Origin: Candidatus Latescibacterota bacterium | Lineage (GTDB): Bacteria > Krumholzibacteriota > Krumholzibacteriia > Krumholzibacteriales > Krumholzibacteriaceae | NCBI GenBank assembly: GCA_019038625.1 | Contig: JAHOYU010000084.1 | Coordinates: 1 to 60,000, forward strand | Direction: 5' to 3' | DNA length: 60,000 bases | Shown: positions 55,952 through 60,000 of the stretch, in pieces | Layout of the letters: each line of letters begins with the position of its first letter | How positions within the stretch are numbered: the stretch's first letter is position 1 | The notes under the pieces: generated by a model | The model's input: only the letters and a program-made list of their open reading frames with translations | Database searches by the model: none | Told to the model about the DNA's origin: nothing | Made by a program: the position numbers and the translations under genes

Positions 55952-55970
55952 GAAAACCGGACGATCCGGG
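55952..55970 (-). terminator. small hairpin + T-tract after dnaE2
   Basis: On the minus strand: CCGGA-TCG-TCCGG followed by TTTTCTGC, about 17 nt after the dnaE2 stop. Confidence 0.45.
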
Positions 55971-55986
55971 CGTTTCACGGCCCGAT

Positions 55987-58900
55987 TCAGCGGATCAATG
56001 CCGCGTCGGATACTATGACACTCGCCACTCCGAGTTCGCTTTCCACCTTCCCCCTGATATGGAACGGCCCCCTGCCCTTCACCAGTTCTTTTGCTGTCTT
56101 CCTGTAAGTCTCGGGAAAGAAGATACCTTCGAACCTTCCTTCCCGGTCGGAGAACGTGATAAATAACATCTCTTCGCCTTTGCCCGAGGTGCGGGTGGCC
56201 TTACCGGTCACCTTCCAGCCGACCGTGTCGATCTCGCGTCCGGTCATCGAGGGTATCTGCAGCGATGTCACCAGATCGCGGCGGGTGGCGAGGGCACGGA
56301 GAGGCTCGGTATACATATCCAGTGGATGGGCGCTGATACACATGTCGAGGATCTCTCTCTCCGCCGAAAGCGACTCCTGCAGGCCATAGTCCTCCAGGGG
56401 GGGGATCGCCGCCATGAGATTCCCGGGGGCCGGCGCGCGGCTGGTGAGTGCTGGCTCCCGCCCAGCGCTGATCGCTGCGCTGAGTATCTGAAGTTCCCAC
56501 ATCAGTTCGGGGCGTGTACGCCCGAAACAGGTCATGGCCCCGCACCGTATCAGCGACTCGACCTCACGGCTCGAGATCTCCATCCTGGACAGAAAATCAT
56601 CGAGGGAAGCGAACGGTCGATGCTCGATGATCGCGTCGGCCGCGGCAGTCGTCAGCCCCTTCACCTGACAGAACCCCACGCGCAGCTTGCGCCCGCTGCC
56701 CGAATGCCTGATCCCGCTCTCGTTCACGCATGGGGGAAGCACGGTCAGCCCGATCCGTTTTGCCTCTTCCAGGTATTCCTCGAAGGAGTAATATCCCCCG
56801 CCGTTGGAAAGGACGGCTGCCATGAACTCGGCAGGGTAATGTGCCTTCCACCACGCACTCTCGAACGACTCGACGGCGAAGGAGGCCGAATGAGCCTTGC
56901 AGAAGGCGTAGCCGGCGAAGGCCGCTATCCGGTCGAAGACATCAGTGGCGACGCTGTCCGGGATACCCTTCCGGGCAGCCCCACTCATGAACGCCTCCCG
57001 GTACCCTTCGAAAGTCTCTCCATCAGTGTTCTTGAATGACATGCATCGCCGCAGCCCATCCGCCTCGGCGTAGCTCATCCCCGCCACGGCGACTGCGAGC
57101 CTGATCACCTGCTCCTGGTAGATCAGGCAACCGAATGTATCGCAGAGTACCGCCTCAACGGCGGGATGATGTTTTTCGACCTCTTCGAGGCCGAGCGACC
57201 TTCGCAGGTACGACTGCTTCCCCCCGTGGCTCGACACGCCGGGCCTTATGATCGACGAAAGCGCTGTGAGCACCTCGAAATCTTCGCACTTCGCCTGGCG
57301 CATCAGCTGCATCATTATCGGTGACTCGATATAGAAACACCCTTCAGTCTTTCCTTCGCGAAGAAGCGCCTTCGTCGCCGGATCGTTGAAATAATCAATC
57401 CTCTCCGGATGCAGGACCTTCTCACCTTTACTCGAAGCCATTGCGGCTGCTTCCTGTATCACGGCAAGTCCCTTCTGACCGAGTATGTCTATCTTCACCA
57501 GCCCCGCGTCCTCGACCTCGTACATCGACCACTGTGTTATCTCGTATCCCTTGTCGCCGCGCTGGAGCGGCATCACGTCTGTGATCGGTTCCGGTGATAT
57601 GACGAGCCCGCAGGGGTGGGTGCCCATATGCCTGGGAAATCCCCCTATCCTGATCGCTATCGGCAGCAGTGTCTTCAGCGGCTCCTGTTCCAGCGGCAGA
57701 TCGGCCGCGCGCGGCGAGACCTTCCTCAGGTCCTCAAGCCGGTCTATCGAAGAGTAGAACGGGATCATCTTGATCAGTGGGGCCACTTCCCCCTCGGGGA
57801 TGCCGAGCGCCTTTGCCGTCTCGCGTATCGCCGACCTCGCCCGCAGGGTGCAGTAGGTCCCTATCATCGCGACATGGTCCTCCCCGTACCGGCGGAAGAT
57901 ATACTGCAGGACCTCCTCACGGTCGTCCGTGGCAAAATCTATGTCAAAATCTGGAAGCTGCTCGCGCTCGGGGTTGAGAAAGCGCTCGAAGAACATGTTG
58001 TGGCGAAGAGGATTCACATGAGTGATGCCCAGGGCGTAGGATACGAGGCTGTTCCCCGCCGACCCCCTGCCGAGCGACCTCATCCCGCGCAACGAGGCAA
58101 ACCTCACTATGTCCCAGCAGATGAGAAAGTAGTCGGCCAGTCCCTTCCCCTCTATCACGGAGAGTTCGTACTCCAGCATTCCGAGAGCTTCGGTCATCTC
58201 GCGCTCACTGACGCTCCCGAGCCGTTTTCGAAGCCCTCTCTGCGTCGTGCGGCGCAGCACCTCCGCCGCCGACTCGCCTGGGGGAAGCATAAATCGTGGA
58301 AGGCGCCTCTTTCCGATTCCCGGGTCGACATGACAATCGGAGGCGATGCGGGCGGTCTCAAGTACCGGCCCCGCATCCGGCCCGAAGACCTTCTCGATCT
58401 CCCTGCCAGTACGGAAGTACGCCCCTCGAGGCTCAGCTTCGTTCGGCAGTAAAGTCCCCACTGTCTTGCGCAGCCTGATGGCGGTGAGCACACGGTGGGC
58501 TAGATGATCCCGCGGCCTGGCGAATGCGACCGGGCCTGCGGCGACCGTCATGATTTTGCGTCTGGCGGCAAGGTCACTGAGCCTCCACCTAATCCTGTCA
58601 TACTCCCTTCCCTCTATCACCGGCAGTTTGGCGCGAAGGTGCTCGCGACCCGCAAGGCGTTCGAGCATGTGTGGATCTGAAGAGAGTACATAGACATCGT
58701 CCGAGACCGACTTGAGCGCCTCGCCGAACGAAAAATCCTCATCGAGCTTTCTCGACGTGACCATCCTGCATAGCTCGCTGTACCCCGAGCCGTTCCTCGC
58801 CAGAAGCACAGCACTCGCCTCGAAGCCTCCATCCTCCACGCTGACGCTGTCGGTCAGCTCCACTCCGAAGATCGGCCTGACTCCCGCTTCCGAACAGGCT

Positions 58901-59061
58901 GCAGCGAAAGGTACGATGGTACACATATTGTCGATATCGGTGAGGGCGATCGCGTCCATCCCCGCTGCCGCAGCCATTGCGGGAAGCTCCTCGACCCCGC
59001 ATACGCCCGAAAGCATCGAAAAACAGGAACGGGCGTTCAGATGTATGAATGCCCCGCTCAA
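55987..59061 (-). CDS. dnaE2: error-prone DNA polymerase III alpha-like subunit DnaE2 (ImuC)
   Basis: 1024 aa. It has an N-terminal PHP domain (HLNARSCFSMLSG...ALTDIDN), a PolIIIA core (GRGSAGNSLVSYALGIT, DFDIDF) and a C-terminal OB-fold. The length and the 4-nt overlap with an upstream Y-family polymerase-like gene match imuB-dnaE2 mutasome cassettes. Confidence 0.88.
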   Translation of the reverse strand: MSGAFIHLNARSCFSMLSGVCGVEELPAMAAAAGMDAIALTDIDNMCTIVPFAAACSEAGVRPIFGVELTDSVSVEDGGFEASAVLLARNGSGYSELCRMVTSRKLDEDFSFGEALKSVSDDVYVLSSDPHMLERLAGREHLRAKLPVIEGREYDRIRWRLSDLAARRKIMTVAAGPVAFARPRDHLAHRVLTAIRLRKTVGTLLPNEAEPRGAYFRTGREIEKVFGPDAGPVLETARIASDCHVDPGIGKRRLPRFMLPPGESAAEVLRRTTQRGLRKRLGSVSEREMTEALGMLEYELSVIEGKGLADYFLICWDIVRFASLRGMRSLGRGSAGNSLVSYALGITHVNPLRHNMFFERFLNPEREQLPDFDIDFATDDREEVLQYIFRRYGEDHVAMIGTYCTLRARSAIRETAKALGIPEGEVAPLIKMIPFYSSIDRLEDLRKVSPRAADLPLEQEPLKTLLPIAIRIGGFPRHMGTHPCGLVISPEPITDVMPLQRGDKGYEITQWSMYEVEDAGLVKIDILGQKGLAVIQEAAAMASSKGEKVLHPERIDYFNDPATKALLREGKTEGCFYIESPIMMQLMRQAKCEDFEVLTALSSIIRPGVSSHGGKQSYLRRSLGLEEVEKHHPAVEAVLCDTFGCLIYQEQVIRLAVAVAGMSYAEADGLRRCMSFKNTDGETFEGYREAFMSGAARKGIPDSVATDVFDRIAAFAGYAFCKAHSASFAVESFESAWWKAHYPAEFMAAVLSNGGGYYSFEEYLEEAKRIGLTVLPPCVNESGIRHSGSGRKLRVGFCQVKGLTTAAADAIIEHRPFASLDDFLSRMEISSREVESLIRCGAMTCFGRTRPELMWELQILSAAISAGREPALTSRAPAPGNLMAAIPPLEDYGLQESLSAEREILDMCISAHPLDMYTEPLRALATRRDLVTSLQIPSMTGREIDTVGWKVTGKATRTSGKGEEMLFITFSDREGRFEGIFFPETYRKTAKELVKGRGPFHIRGKVESELGVASVIVSDAALIR

Positions 59062-59900
59062 GGCTGCCCACTCCCCGACCTCACAGCCGCCACAGACCTC
59101 CCGAAGACGGGAGCGACGCCCCGGGGCAGCTCCGTTCTCAAACGATCCAGGGCGTCGTGGATCCTGCGCCTGCGCAGTTCCTTTTTTTTGCTCTCTGCCA
59201 AAAAGAGTTCGAGCTGGAGAGGCTCGGGCTCAAGCGAACTTCCCTGCATCGATATGCTCCGCACCCTCACCCTGCGTGTGAATACACGGTCAAATACTTC
59301 TCCCGCACAATCGAAGAGCTTCAGATCGTCGGAACTACCCTGCGGAAGCCTGCCTGTACCAGAACTGATGTTCCCATCGGCGTAGGTCAGTTCCACCCGC
59401 AACCTGCCCGCGATTCGCCGGTCAGCGCGGAGCGACTGCCCCAGCTCTTCGGACATATCGTAGAGAAAAGATTCGAGAAGTCCCCGGTCGTCGAGGTCAG
59501 GCTGGAGGAGCCGGGTCACCTTCGCCCTTTCGTCATCGCGGGCCGATGTCCTGACCGGACTGGAGTCCTCACCGAGCGCCCCGCGGTAGAGGCGCTTTCC
59601 CCACGGACCGAGGCAGTATGTAAAAAGCTCCTCGCGAAACAGAAGAATGTCCCCCACTCTCCTGATCCCCAGTCCGGCGAGCATCGGGGCGTACTTCTCT
59701 CCTGCGGGCGGGAAATGCCCTATCTCGACCGGAGCGAGGAACGAGCTTTCGCATCCGGGATAGACATCGACCATGTGGGCACGCTTGGCGCTTCGCGAGG
59801 CCACATGGCTGACCAGCCTGCTTGCGGCCACGCCGAGGGAGATGTCGAGTCCTGTATCACTGAACACCTCGCCCTTGATGCGCCTGCCCGTGTCGAGCAC
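59058..59900 (-). CDS. Y-family DNA polymerase-like protein (ImuB/DinB-like). The longest uninterrupted reading frame is shown; homology continues upstream across an in-frame TGA, so this is a probable pseudogene or an error.
   Basis: The track ORF starts at GTG 59900. The same frame upstream reads ...ILDILHGFSPVVVAE*LDEGYIDYTGCRRVFGH-VLDTGRRIK..., which matches the DinB motif ...EPLSLDEAYLDVT... with TGA (59954..59952) at the conserved Ser position. Little-finger and HhH-like regions follow (GLGIRRVGDIL). Confidence 0.65.
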   Translation of the reverse strand: MLDTGRRIKGEVFSDTGLDISLGVAASRLVSHVASRSAKRAHMVDVYPGCESSFLAPVEIGHFPPAGEKYAPMLAGLGIRRVGDILLFREELFTYCLGPWGKRLYRGALGEDSSPVRTSARDDERAKVTRLLQPDLDDRGLLESFLYDMSEELGQSLRADRRIAGRLRVELTYADGNISSGTGRLPQGSSDDLKLFDCAGEVFDRVFTRRVRVRSISMQGSSLEPEPLQLELFLAESKKKELRRRRIHDALDRLRTELPRGVAPVFGRSVAAVRSGSGQP

Positions 59901-60000
59901 ATGTCCGAAGACCCTTCTACAGCCGGTGTAGTCGATATACCCCTCGTCGAGTCATTCCGCTACGACCACAGGAGAGAAACCGTGCAGAATATCGAGGATA

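Noticed and set aside
57616-58452. 278-aa plus-strand ORF, and several others between 56.1 and 59.4 kb
   Set aside because: They are antisense or alternate frames within the GC-rich dnaE2 and Y-family polymerase genes. Long spurious ORFs are expected at this GC content.
59952-59954. Genome-wide TGA reassignment (code 4/25) as an explanation for the in-frame TGA
   Set aside because: TGA terminates several well-conserved genes in this window at the expected protein ends (C25 peptidase, MATE, ferritin-like, folP, ftsH), so standard code 11 applies.

Overview
This 60 kb window reads as chromosomal DNA from an uncultured, probably anaerobic bacterium. It carries two cargo proteins with T9SS-type C-terminal sorting domains, which suggests FCB-superphylum affinity. 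It also uses AGGAG-type ribosome-binding sites and sigma70-like promoters. About 45 protein genes and 4 tRNAs are supportable. Most are housekeeping: nfo, trxB, nth, acyl-CoA dehydrogenase, comM, gltX, ilvC, the conserved tilS-hpt-ftsH-folP-cdaA block, guaB, hypF/hypE, mgtC, nfnAB and dnaE2. No rRNA, CRISPR array or recognisable mobile element is present.

The most unusual locus is a five-gene minus-strand operon at about 34.9-42.4 kb. It encodes an MCP-like 2-TM protein, a CheA-like protein whose phospho-His and ATP-binding motifs are substituted, and a small HTH protein. These are followed by a STAS-GAF-HD-GYP protein with degenerated metal ligands and a canonical REC-GAF-HD-GYP protein. I read this as a kinase-dead chemosensory-like scaffold wired to c-di-GMP hydrolysis, and I do not know of a described equivalent.

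Other points worth a second look:
- a 122-aa Lys/Ala-only histone-H1-like protein encoded by four perfect 48-bp tandem repeats
- a pdaD-speB-deoxyhypusine-synthase-like polyamine operon
- tRNA(CAU) immediately upstream of tilS, and tRNA-Gln plus tRNA-Glu immediately downstream of gltX
- a perfect sigma54 promoter in front of an orphan hypothetical gene
- a GC-rich Y-family polymerase/dnaE2 cassette whose polymerase gene carries an in-frame TGA inside its conserved active-site motif
- a tiny membrane ORF followed in-frame by TGA and a hairpin

All calls come from reading the sequence and the supplied translations. No searches were run, and hand-counted coordinates of non-ORF features may be off by 1-2 nt.
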